A DNA stretch of 64,000 nt from an uncultured virus (IMG/VR IMGVR_UViG_3300033150_001690). Lineage: Duplodnaviria > Heunggongvirae > Uroviricota > Caudoviricetes. Within the stretch, counting starts at the first letter, position 1. Every line of letters starts with the position of its first letter. The notes below the pieces were generated by a model, which was not told the origin of the DNA, ran no database searches, and worked only from the letters and a program-made list of their open reading frames with translations. Where the stretch lies: the IMG/VR virus record IMGVR_UViG_3300033150_001690; one strand, 5' to 3'. Below are positions 49,473-59,419 of this stretch, piece after piece. Made by a program: the position numbers and the translations under genes.

Positions 49473-50734
49473 AGTATCTTATAGTAATAGGTATCTTCTT
49501 CATGTTCTTTATGAAGAGCTAACATTAATGCATCTACATAATCATCATCCTTCTTAGTATCCCAGTTATACTTTCTTAGTTGTCTGACCAAGTCAACGTT
49601 CTCTTCAGGTATTCTTATTTTATTCTGATGAAATAGTATCTTCATTCTGGTCTGCATTTGTACTTTAGACTGATTAAATGCTACAGGGACTACATTAAGA
49701 CCTCTAGCTTCTAAACGTTGGTTCTCTCCTACATCTTCTGCATCTGCATATATGACCTGAACATGATATTGTTTGTAGATCTGTTCTATACGATCATGTA
49801 TGGTCTCGAAGTCTTCTCGTCTCCATGCTGCACTATATAATATATTGAATACTCCATTTACTTCTTGAACTACTACAATAGCTGTTGGATGGTCCCATCC
49901 CCAGTCACAACCTATAACAGGAGGTCTACCATAAGGATTATATTGTATCTTCTTTACTCCTTTTACGGCCTGTTTAAGATCACTAAATGGTATTAATATA
50001 TTGGTTTCTTTAGCATATGGTCTTCCTTCCCAGAATACTTCAAACATATCTTCAGGAAGTTTACTAGCCTCCATATACTTCTCTAAAGATATATTAGGAC
50101 ATTCCTTCGCTGACCAATGAAAACGCTTCCATTCAGGATATTTGTCTTCATCCTCCCACATCTCTACAAATAAGGAGTTATACTCCATAGGAGTACCTGA
50201 TAAGATAATAAGATCCTTCTTAGATTGTGCTACTATTCTAAAAGCATCTCTTATTATGAAGTCTCCTGCTAGTACTGCTTCGTCTATTATCACTATATCA
50301 CAATGTTTACCCTGTATGGCCTTTAAACTGTTAGGTACTGCTAGTATCTCTGATCTGTTCTTTAAACGTGTTATAGACATTAGTGGTTCTCCTTCTACTT
50401 CTTCTGTTAGAATAGGATTATCCTTAAAGGCTAATCTAACATACTCGTATAGATTTCTGGCCTGGTCTCTACTACCAGATATTATTATAATAGAATAAGG
50501 ATAATGATCAAACTTACTCTTTACTACAGAATAATATAATGCTATACAGGCCAGTAACTTGGTCTTACCTGTTCCTCCTGCTCCCATTAATAGTATTCGT
50601 TTAGGATTTTGAAGAATATGCTTCAATACTCTCCTCTGATATGGATAAGGATCTTGATTAAAGACATCTTTAAAGAACGAAGAAGGATCTTTACTCCATT
50701 TCAAGAATTGCAGTGCTCTAAGAACTTGATCCAA
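49469..50734 (-). CDS. terL: Terminase large subunit
   Basis: PYPYQ, Walker A GAGGTGKT, Walker B VIIDEA, SGTP, RNase H-like nuclease GCDWG...DDYVDA. Confidence 0.93.
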   Translation of the reverse strand: MDQVLRALQFLKWSKDPSSFFKDVFNQDPYPYQRRVLKHILQNPKRILLMGAGGTGKTKLLACIALYYSVVKSKFDHYPYSIIIISGSRDQARNLYEYVRLAFKDNPILTEEVEGEPLMSITRLKNRSEILAVPNSLKAIQGKHCDIVIIDEAVLAGDFIIRDAFRIVAQSKKDLIILSGTPMEYNSLFVEMWEDEDKYPEWKRFHWSAKECPNISLEKYMEASKLPEDMFEVFWEGRPYAKETNILIPFSDLKQAVKGVKKIQYNPYGRPPVIGCDWGWDHPTAIVVVQEVNGVFNILYSAAWRREDFETIHDRIEQIYKQYHVQVIYADAEDVGENQRLEARGLNVVPVAFNQSKVQMQTRMKILFHQNKIRIPEENVDLVRQLRKYNWDTKKDDDYVDALMLALHKEHEEDTYYYKIL

Positions 50735-51245
50735 AGGTCTCCCATCTCTCCCTAAACTTCTCTATTAGTTCTGGAGGGAAGTCCTCCATACAATATAATA
50801 TTCTAGTAAATATATCCTCTTTAGCAGGTTCTAATTGAATTTTAGAAGACCATTTAAGAAGCTCTTCTATTATTAACCTGGTCTCTGCTAAATAGTCTAA
50901 TAAGACCTTCTCTTCATCTTTACTTAATGAAGCACTTTGTACTAAACTCTCTATTTTGTTGGAGCATATCTCCAGGTTTCTAGTTAGTCTTTGTGCTATT
51001 TGGATATCTTTTCTAATACTCTCTCTTAGTACCTTCTGTCTTAGTTGAGAAGACTTTCTTAGTTCATTAAGATACACTTCTACGTGATTATTAAAATGTC
51101 TAACAAAGGAGTAATATCCGATATCTTCTCCATACTTCTCTTTAGCATATTCTTGGATCTCTTTAATACTCTTTCTCTCTACAAATCTCATATGTTCATA
51201 TTCTGTTCTGTGGAGAGATCTACAAACATTACATACTCGACCCAT
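50718..51245 (-). CDS. Probable terminase small subunit (start ATG 51245)
   Basis: Directly upstream of terL; CNVC...RH-x3-H plus helical domain; GGTGA RBS (TCACC at 51250-51254 on +). Confidence 0.7.
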   Translation of the reverse strand: MGRVCNVCRSLHRTEYEHMRFVERKSIKEIQEYAKEKYGEDIGYYSFVRHFNNHVEVYLNELRKSSQLRQKVLRESIRKDIQIAQRLTRNLEICSNKIESLVQSASLSKDEEKVLLDYLAETRLIIEELLKWSSKIQLEPAKEDIFTRILYCMEDFPPELIEKFRERWETFGSSS

Positions 51246-51437
51246 TATATCACCATGAAGGATAATGACCGGGTCATTTATTAATTTATCGCACAAGGTC
51301 TGATTATTGTACTACACAGTAGATAGTGCACATCTTATGAGCAGGTAAGAAGGGTGTTTCTTCTTCTCTCTCTCTTTTATTTTTGAATTTTAAAATGTTA
51401 AATATGAGTTATGCATATTTGCTTATAGGTGTCAAAT

Positions 51438-51971
51438 ATGAACGGAAACAAATACGTAAATATTAGGCAACTAATAGGTTGCCTTTATCCATCGGAATTG
51501 AAAGGTATAAGTAAAATTGAGTTAAAGGGAAATAGCTTATACATAACCACAAATACACCATCAAGACACCATAAGCCTATAAGAGTAATTCCTAATGTAG
51601 AACAACAACAATACTTAGAATTTCTTAGATTTGTTCAAGAGATTAAAGGCTTATCAGTTAGGCAAATTGAACGTAGAATTAAGCGATTATTTGGTGTTTC
51701 TACAAGAGTATTAAGAAAAACATTAGCGAATCAAGTATTGATAAAGACACAAAACCTAGGAAAGGTTAAGAATACTCTAGGACATAACAAGATGAAAAAT
51801 GTAGCGTATTATCTAAATCCCTTAGAGATTGCTGATAAAATAGGTGAACAGCAAACCCTAGAATTACTCAACAAAACTGAATATGGAATGCTGTTAAACC
51901 TAATACGTTTAGCTGTTAGAGTAGAATTAAAGCGTCTTTATAAGAATACTAAAATAGATTACGTTAAATAG
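51438..51971 (+). CDS. Minimal, degenerate tyrosine-recombinase-like protein
   Basis: STRVLRKTLA...LGH-x7-YY resembles XerC/D box II; box I reads GCLYPSEL without the catalytic Arg. Confidence 0.65.
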   Translation: MNGNKYVNIRQLIGCLYPSELKGISKIELKGNSLYITTNTPSRHHKPIRVIPNVEQQQYLEFLRFVQEIKGLSVRQIERRIKRLFGVSTRVLRKTLANQVLIKTQNLGKVKNTLGHNKMKNVAYYLNPLEIADKIGEQQTLELLNKTEYGMLLNLIRLAVRVELKRLYKNTKIDYVK

Positions 51972-52011
51972 ATGTCGTTATTCGAACAGCGACATCTAAC
52001 CCTTATTTTTT
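51969..52011 (+). terminator. Hairpin plus T-tract
   Basis: TAGATGTCG...CGACATCTA followed by TTATTTTTT. Confidence 0.65.
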
Positions 52012-52053
52012 CTACACAAAATATTTAAGCACATAACACAATATAGGGTAATT

Positions 52054-52305
52054 GTGGGAAAAATGCAGACAACGATAAAAGACTTTAACGACTTTAAGCG
52101 ATACGTTGAACAGCAGATAAAACAGCATGATTTTATGATTTTAGATAAGCCACCGATTACTATTAGGAAACGTGAACCATTCCTTATGGCTTTACCGACA
52201 TTATGGGGTTATGTAATCTATCAAGCATTTAGACATCACAGCCCGAAAGAGATATGGCTAACATTTCAAGAGATAAAGCGAATACATGAAATAGCCACAC
52301 AATAA
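52054..52305 (+). CDS. Hypothetical protein (own TATA-like promoter and terminator)
   Basis: ORF preceded by AAAATATTTAAG. Confidence 0.55.
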   Translation: MGKMQTTIKDFNDFKRYVEQQIKQHDFMILDKPPITIRKREPFLMALPTLWGYVIYQAFRHHSPKEIWLTFQEIKRIHEIATQ

Positions 52306-52486
52306 AACAACGATATAAGGATATACTATATTCCCTTTCCCTATTTTTCTGTTATACTGTTTCTCTGTATGTATGTTTCAATGGTTTAACTGCACATTTT
52401 CAACATTACACATACCTTAAAATTGGCTACAACTACGCAACATTTATAAAGCATTATTTCGCATACTTTACCATGAGTGAACCGAC

Positions 52487-52723
52487 ATGGATTTCAAGCA
52501 GTTAATAAGCGACATTGAACCCGATGCTAAAGCCCGACAAAAAAGCGATGAACCTAAATATTACATTATTTTCGATAAAAGCACTGTGAAAATTGATGGT
52601 AAAGAGTACAAGCTAAACACTGATGGAATAGCGATTCTGGAGAAGGCACTAGGCACACGCAACCGTAAGCTAATGGCTAAAAGGCTATTAGCTTTACTGA
52701 TACGACTTGCTAAGAGTAAGTAA
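52487..52723 (+). CDS. Hypothetical protein
   Basis: ORF preceded by TTTATAAA and GAGTGA. Confidence 0.6.
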   Translation: MDFKQLISDIEPDAKARQKSDEPKYYIIFDKSTVKIDGKEYKLNTDGIAILEKALGTRNRKLMAKRLLALLIRLAKSK

Positions 52724-52769
52724 GGTTTTAATTCTTATTTACTCTTAGCTTTATTCCCCTTTTTTTTTT
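52709..52769 (+). terminator. Long hairpin plus T10 tract
   Basis: GCTAAGAGTAA...TTACTCTTAGC followed by poly-T. Confidence 0.7.
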
Positions 52770-52795
52770 ATGAATAAAATGTTAGGTGTTAGAAC

Positions 52796-53224
52796 ATGAA
52801 TGATTTAAACTTTAACAAGATAAGAGATGTAGTTAAAGATATTACACAACCGAATAGGAAAAATCTTAAAACCTTATTAGCAGAAAAATATCCTACGTTC
52901 ACAATTTGCTTATTATCACGATGTAAACACATAACTGAATGTTGGGACTTAGAAACACTTAAACCTAAACCTAATTCTAATATTCAGAAATGTAAAACAT
53001 TCCTAAATGCTTTAAATGTTTACTCTAAACCTAAGGACTATCATTTTTCTAAGGCAGAAAACTATATAGCTTTCAGCCCACAAGAGTTAAGTTTAATCAT
53101 TTTAGGATTAAGGTTATTATCTCAAGAGTATAAGGAAAAAGCACAAGTATTAAGGCTATTGGATAAGCTATCTTATGTTAATTCTCTTTATGGAAAACAT
53201 ACAGAAAAAGTAAGGATAAGGTAA
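52796..53224 (+). CDS. Hypothetical Cys-containing protein
   Basis: ORF with AGGTG RBS. Confidence 0.55.
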   Translation: MNDLNFNKIRDVVKDITQPNRKNLKTLLAEKYPTFTICLLSRCKHITECWDLETLKPKPNSNIQKCKTFLNALNVYSKPKDYHFSKAENYIAFSPQELSLIILGLRLLSQEYKEKAQVLRLLDKLSYVNSLYGKHTEKVRIR

Positions 53225-54689
53225 TTATAATGTTTAAAATTCTTGTTCTTATTAGTGAAATAGTTATTATTCTCTATTTCACGTATGTTTGTTTATGCTT
53301 AAGAAAGTGGAAGAAAGAAAGTGAAGAAGAAAGAGGTAAGAGAAGAAATGATTGAAGAAACCACGAATAAAATAAAAGAAGAAGAAATCGTAAAAGCTAT
53401 ATCCTCTCCATTACAAATGGTAGAAGTCTCCAATACTCTTTTTAGAAATACGAAGAATGCCCTAAGAGCATGGGTAGGGAAGAAAGGAAAAGCAAACATT
53501 ATTCTAAGTAAATTTAGAAGATTCTATTCTCTTAACATCTTCTTGGGAAATGTTTATGCTTTGTGCTGGAATAATGGTCTTCTCTTCTCCGATGGAATAG
53601 AGGCTGAAGTTCTTATAGAGCCTCCTGTATGTAATATAATGATACTGAAGAAACGGACGAAGATATTTGAAGTACAAAACTATCACTATTCTTCTTTAGA
53701 AGAAATCATTAATAGATGTTTGGTCTTAATGAGTATTAAGAAAGACACAACTATCGATTATAGTTTTATAGATGGAGAAAGATTTGTAAATATTTCTAAT
53801 GTATTTAAGGCATTAGAAGAAATTATAAGAGGTTGAAGAAATGGGAACTGATATATACTTGGAATATGAAGGAAAACCTGAGAAGTATACATTTAAAGAA
53901 GGATCCTACATTAGGGCAAGTATCTTCTCCATAAAAGAGAATACTGTTCTAAGAATGATATTTCCTAAGAAGTATTGGGAAGCAGGAGGACCACTAAGAT
54001 ATAGGTTTTCTAAGAAGAAACTTGAAGAATTGAAGGTTATTCTAAATATGTATCTTAAATCTTATTTGGAGAATAAGAAGTTAGAATGCAAGGAAGCAAA
54101 GGAATATGAAGAGTTTGGAGAAAGAGTTGCCTTATTACTTTGTTCTTGTTGTGAGAGAGTAGAAATATCTAGACCAGAGAATATTGAATTTGCTAGAAGA
54201 TGGGCTAGGTCAGTGATCTCCTTCTTTGAGAAAGGTCTTGAATTAGAAAAGGAAGGAAGAAGACCTAAAGTGTTAATATCATGGTAAAACGATAAGGAGG
54301 GATAAAGAAATGGAGATAAAAGATAAAGATTTGAAGAAAACAATAATTGAAGAAATTAAAGAAAACCTAGAAGACATAGATGAAGGAAAACATAAACATC
54401 ATAAATTAACCTGTGTAGTAGATTTAATTGTTAGCTATGATTACGGAGAAATTAAACTAGAAGACGTAGATGTAATTCAAGGAGAATGTGAGACCTGTAG
54501 GGATGAAGACGGAACTCCTTATTGTTTATGGGGTTAGAAAAGAATAAAGGAGGGGAAGAAGAAATGGTCTTTAAGAAGAAGAAAATATGGAATAAAAACA
54601 TAAACGAATATGTATGGGTCAATATGACCACGGAAGAATGGCTACAAAGATTAAGAGAAGTAGAGAACGACTAAAGGAGAAGAGGATAA

Positions 54690-55043
54690 ATGTTTTATAA
54701 GAAGATACTTAGATGTTCTAATTGTGGAGTACCTGCTTCTTTTACTTCTAATTATATTGATAAAGAAGGTTATCTTCACTGTGGATACTGTGGTAATATA
54801 GCTCCTCCTGTTATGGAGAAGAGAATAGATACTATGTACTTCTATATTGAAAGAAGAGGTCTAAGATGTCCTTCTTGTGGTGTTTCTCAAGCATTTATTA
54901 CAATTAAAAAGAATGGAAGAAGATATAGATGTTCTAAGTGTAAACACGAATGGGATATAGAAGAACGTTTAGATTATAAGGAGAGAAGAGAAGAGTTTCT
55001 AAGAAATCCTGTTATGAAGAAGTATATGAAGGAGGTAGAATAA
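54690..55043 (+). CDS. Double Zn-ribbon protein
   Basis: CSNC, CGYC, CPSC, CSKC. Confidence 0.7.
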   Translation: MFYKKILRCSNCGVPASFTSNYIDKEGYLHCGYCGNIAPPVMEKRIDTMYFYIERRGLRCPSCGVSQAFITIKKNGRRYRCSKCKHEWDIEERLDYKERREEFLRNPVMKKYMKEVE

Positions 55044-58000
55044 AATGGGAAGAATAGAAGATCTGAAGAAGAAAGTTGGATATCTTCTAGCTAATATTGG
55101 ACAAGAAATAGAGATCAATGATCCTATAACTGGAGGAATGAAGAGGTTTATCTTTGAAGGTTTTGAAGAAGGAGGAAATGAAAAAGGAGAACCACTAATG
55201 GTCGTAAGATACCCTAACTCAAGGATCTTTAAACAATATCACATTGACTATCTTTTAATAGAGGAGGAGAATGAAGAATGAAGAAAAGTTTCTGGAAGTG
55301 GCTTAAAAGAGGTCTTTCTCTTAATCTAGAATTCTTTAAAATATTCTTTGTTGTTCTTCTCGGAAGTCTCTTTTTATCAGCAGGACTTCTATTTGCTGAA
55401 GATCATCCCTTAATTCTTCTTCTTATTATTCCTGGAATCTTATTAATTCTTTATTATATTTTCTTATTAGTTGAGGAGTAAGAAGTTGACCAAATACAAT
55501 TGCAATAAAGCGAAAGATCAAATCATTGTCAAATATGGTCTATGTGGTGAAATGATACAATATTCAGAAGAAGAGAATAGTAAATCCATAGAGAAGAAGA
55601 TAATTACAAGATGTAGAATATGTGGAAGAAGAATAACAATTACCTGGAGAAAAGATAATGAAAGATGGAGAATAGTAAAGAAGGATCCTTCTTCAGCCTT
55701 TTACGATGAAGGAAACTATGGTTGGGTCTGTAGTGAGAAATGTAAGAATATTAGACCTGTTATTTGAAGACCAGTAATGCTCCTATAAGGCTAGACCATA
55801 AGAATTCTTCTTATGGCTAGAGACCTTAAAAGGAGGTGTTGGAAGAATGAGATTTGAATATGGAGTTGAAGTAGATGAAGATACATTCAATAAGATAAGA
55901 TCGTTAGATGAAGAACGAAGAAGAATATTTGATGAAGACATTAAAGAAGCTCTGAAGAACAGGGTTAATGTTTTAACTAAGGAGGGTCAAATTTGAGGTT
56001 AGAAAGAAATAAATTGATATTATCGAAGGAAGAAATAAAGAAGCTTTATGCAGAGTTGAGTTGTTTGTTTGACTTCGTAGATCCGTTTCCAGAGACCTTA
56101 TTAGAATTGATGCAGGTATTGGAAGAACCTACCAATAATTGAAGAAGAGGGAGTAGAAGTGAGAAACGAAGAGATAGGTGAAAGAATAAGAAGACTCTAT
56201 TCCAAATACATCAAGATCTATGCTTCTAGAGGATATAAAGCACCCAACATGGAGGACTTCCTAGAATGGATAGACTCTCAATTAGAGGAAATTTAATGGA
56301 GGAAGAATATTTTGTGGAGTGTAGGTCAAACATTATACGATAAGAAGAATAAGGAATTAGTATTGTACTTAGGAGTAGGAGTATTCTCAGTTAAACCTAT
56401 AAAAAATATCTTGAAGAACAGTCTTCCTAAAGAACTAGCAAATAAAGAATTCTTCGGGATTATGATGATACGAAGAAAAAACGGGAGAACAGAATTTCTA
56501 AAGAATAAAGAAGATAAGGATAACTTAACTCATATTTACGATAAGAAGACGGGAAGAATAGCTATAGGAAAATATTCTAGAGGATTCTTCTTTGGTTTCT
56601 TAGGAGAAGATGTTGAAGATATCCGTAATATGTTTCCTGATGAGAGTATATTTCCAGATGGAGAAAGGTATATTCCTGGGAGGTAGAAGAAATGACAAAA
56701 AACATTATTGAAACAGAAGACTTTATAGTAAGTCGCTTCTGTTGTGGAGAAGGAAAGATCTGCTATCAGATTAACGAGAAGAATCGAACAGATAATTGGA
56801 GACATGTTCAAATTACTGAAGAACAACTGAAGAGATTATGTTTATGGTATCTGAAGAATGAAGTTTATCCTCAATTAAAATGTAAAAAGGAGAAAGAAGA
56901 ATGAGCAATTGGACCCATATAGCTGGAGTTATTAGAATAGACCATTTTGCTTATGGCGTAAGACCACTATTAGAAAATGAAGCTAAAGACATTATCTCTG
57001 AAGGATCTCCTATTGGAAGCGAAGGTGGTCTAACATTTATAGCAAATAGAACTCAGGTAATAAGACCTTCTGGTTTTGATCTAGTGTGGGGATCTGTTTC
57101 CTTTGTAGGAGATCTAAGAGACTTCTCTATAGAGGATCTTCCAAAGATAACTAAGTGGTTAGAAGAAATACCTGGAAGATTAGAAGAAAGACAGGGTTGT
57201 ATTAGACAGGGTATTGTTCTAGTTGAGATAGAAGAAACAGAAGAAGAAAGAATATTCATATTTGATGTTGAAGAAGAAGCATGGAAGGAGGTGGAGTATA
57301 ATGACAAAGTGGAGATATCTAAATGATGAAGAGAAGGTATCACTTCTTAAGAAGTATATTCAGGGAAGAGTTCTTAGAAGAGTATCATTAGAACAAACTT
57401 CAGGATATTCTCTTCTTGTGTTAGATTTTGGTAATGGGATCAAGTTGAAGATAACAGATGGAGAATATGGAGATCTAAGATGTGTAGATATTATTCAAAA
57501 TAATAAGAAGATAGTTATGCTCTTAGATGATGAAGAACATCCCTGTCAGCTTACTACGTTTGAAGAAGTTCATAATAATCCTAAGATCCTTTATGTTCCT
57601 TATTAGAAGACATGAATTTGAAGAAGAAAGGAGAATTAGAAATTGGCAAGGAATATTTTGAAGACAGATGATATAATTATAACTGAATTCTTCGGAGGTA
57701 AAGGAAGAGGATCCTGTTTTCAAATAAATGTGAAGGATTGTCAAACAGGAGAATGGAGAATGATCAGAATAACTCGATCACAACTAATCAGGATAATTGA
57801 TTTTATGGTGGATGGAGTAAAATGACCAGAGTAAGATGTAAGAATTGTGGTTGGGAAGGAGATCCTTCAGAACTAATAATTCTTCTAGATAAGAGATTAG
57901 TTCCTCCTACTTGTCCGAAGTGTCTAAGTCAAGACCTGTCCCTAATAGAAGAACAGAAATATAAAATGAAGACTTTTATCATAGAAATAAGAGAAGATAT

Positions 58001-59317
58001 TTGGGAGAAGATACTATCCTATGTTAAAGAGAAGACAAGAGTGGGAACACTTTTAACTAATGATACATGGGGAATATGGAGATATATTCTATCTAAACAA
58101 TTAACTATACAGGATACATTTCCTGTTTCTTCTTTAAGAGTATTTGAAATAAAATGGTCTCCTTCGGATCTTTAACATGGAGATTTGAAAGATGAATAAC
58201 GATAAGATATTAGAAGAAATTAAAGCATGGTTAGGAAACAGACTAATACCTAAAGAAGATGCAGATCTTCTTCTTGACCTGGTCATTCAGTATGGGAATG
58301 AGAAGGAACACGAAGGAGAACTTATTGGAGAAGAACGTGGGTATGAAGAAGGATATGAAGAAGGATATGGAGTAGGTTATAGTAAAGGAAGAGAAGAAGG
58401 TATTACTGAAGGAAGAGATCAAGTAATATCAGAAATAGAATATGATCCTCTTATTTCTTTCGAAGATAAACGAAGTGTCTTACGAAGATTTGGAATATTA
58501 GTTTAAGGAGGAAGAAATAAAATGCGAATATATGAAGAACTACCCTGTGGATGTCTGGTCTCTAGAGAAGATCAAGCTATGATACCTTGTTGTTATCCAG
58601 AAGTGGGTCAACGACCGTCTAAACTTCATTTAAGATGTATGGAGTTATTCTTCAAAGAAGGAAAGTCAGTAGAAGAGATTAAACAAATTGTGAAAGAAAG
58701 GAAGGTTTAACGAATGAAGATCCTTTCTGAAGAAGAGAAGAATTGTATTGAGATCGCAATAGATAAATTTAGATTTTATAAATCTCTTCTTAAGGCCCAT
58801 CTAGATACTCTTACTTGTTATTGTAAGACCTGTAAAGAGAAGTCATTTGAGGCCTGTAGTGATTGTGATGTTTATAAATATCTTAACAAAATTCTTAAGG
58901 AGTTCTAAGAATGAAGAGACCCAAACTAACTAAAGATACGGAGACAGGAATTAAGAACGCTATAGATGAGTATCTTCTTTCTAGAAGAGTATTAGAGATC
59001 TGGTTAGCTATTCTTACTTCTATTTGTGGGAGATGTAAACTGTCTTCTAAATCCTGTATAGATTGTAAAATTGGGAAATATAAAGATAAACTTGTGGAGA
59101 TCCTTGACAATGAGTAAGAAGAAAATGATCAAAGGATCTATTCCTGTAGAAGAAGTTAAGAAGAGTATTAGTATACTTCAAGAGAAGATCAAAGAACTCA
59201 AAGAAGATCTTGAAAAGGCTAAGGAATTAGAAGAAAAAATACAGATTCTACATCTTTTACAAATTTATGAGAGAGACCTTACCTTATTTCAGGGTCTTTT
59301 AAAGGAGATTAACTAAG

Positions 59318-59419
59318 ATCTTCGGGCAGAAAGGATATGGAAGAAGTTACATGATACCGAACTTCAACCATACAAAGAACTTTTGGACCCAACTTCTTCC
59401 ATATCCCTGTAAAGAAGAT
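59318..59419. ncRNA. Candidate structured RNA: perfect 16-bp stem within a bulge-helix-loop
   Basis: GGATATGGAAGAAGTT (59333-59348) pairs with AACTTCTTCCATATCC (59391-59406); intergenic. Confidence 0.5.

Noticed and set aside
51438..51971. Functional integrase with att site / provirus boundary
   Set aside because: Catalytic Arg and N-terminal domain are missing, no att-like repeat or tRNA was seen, and both flanks are viral
59331..59413. BHB intron joining ORFs 59071 and 59419
   Set aside because: Splicing would keep the frame, but TAA at 59314-59316 lies upstream of the splice site, so no fusion protein results
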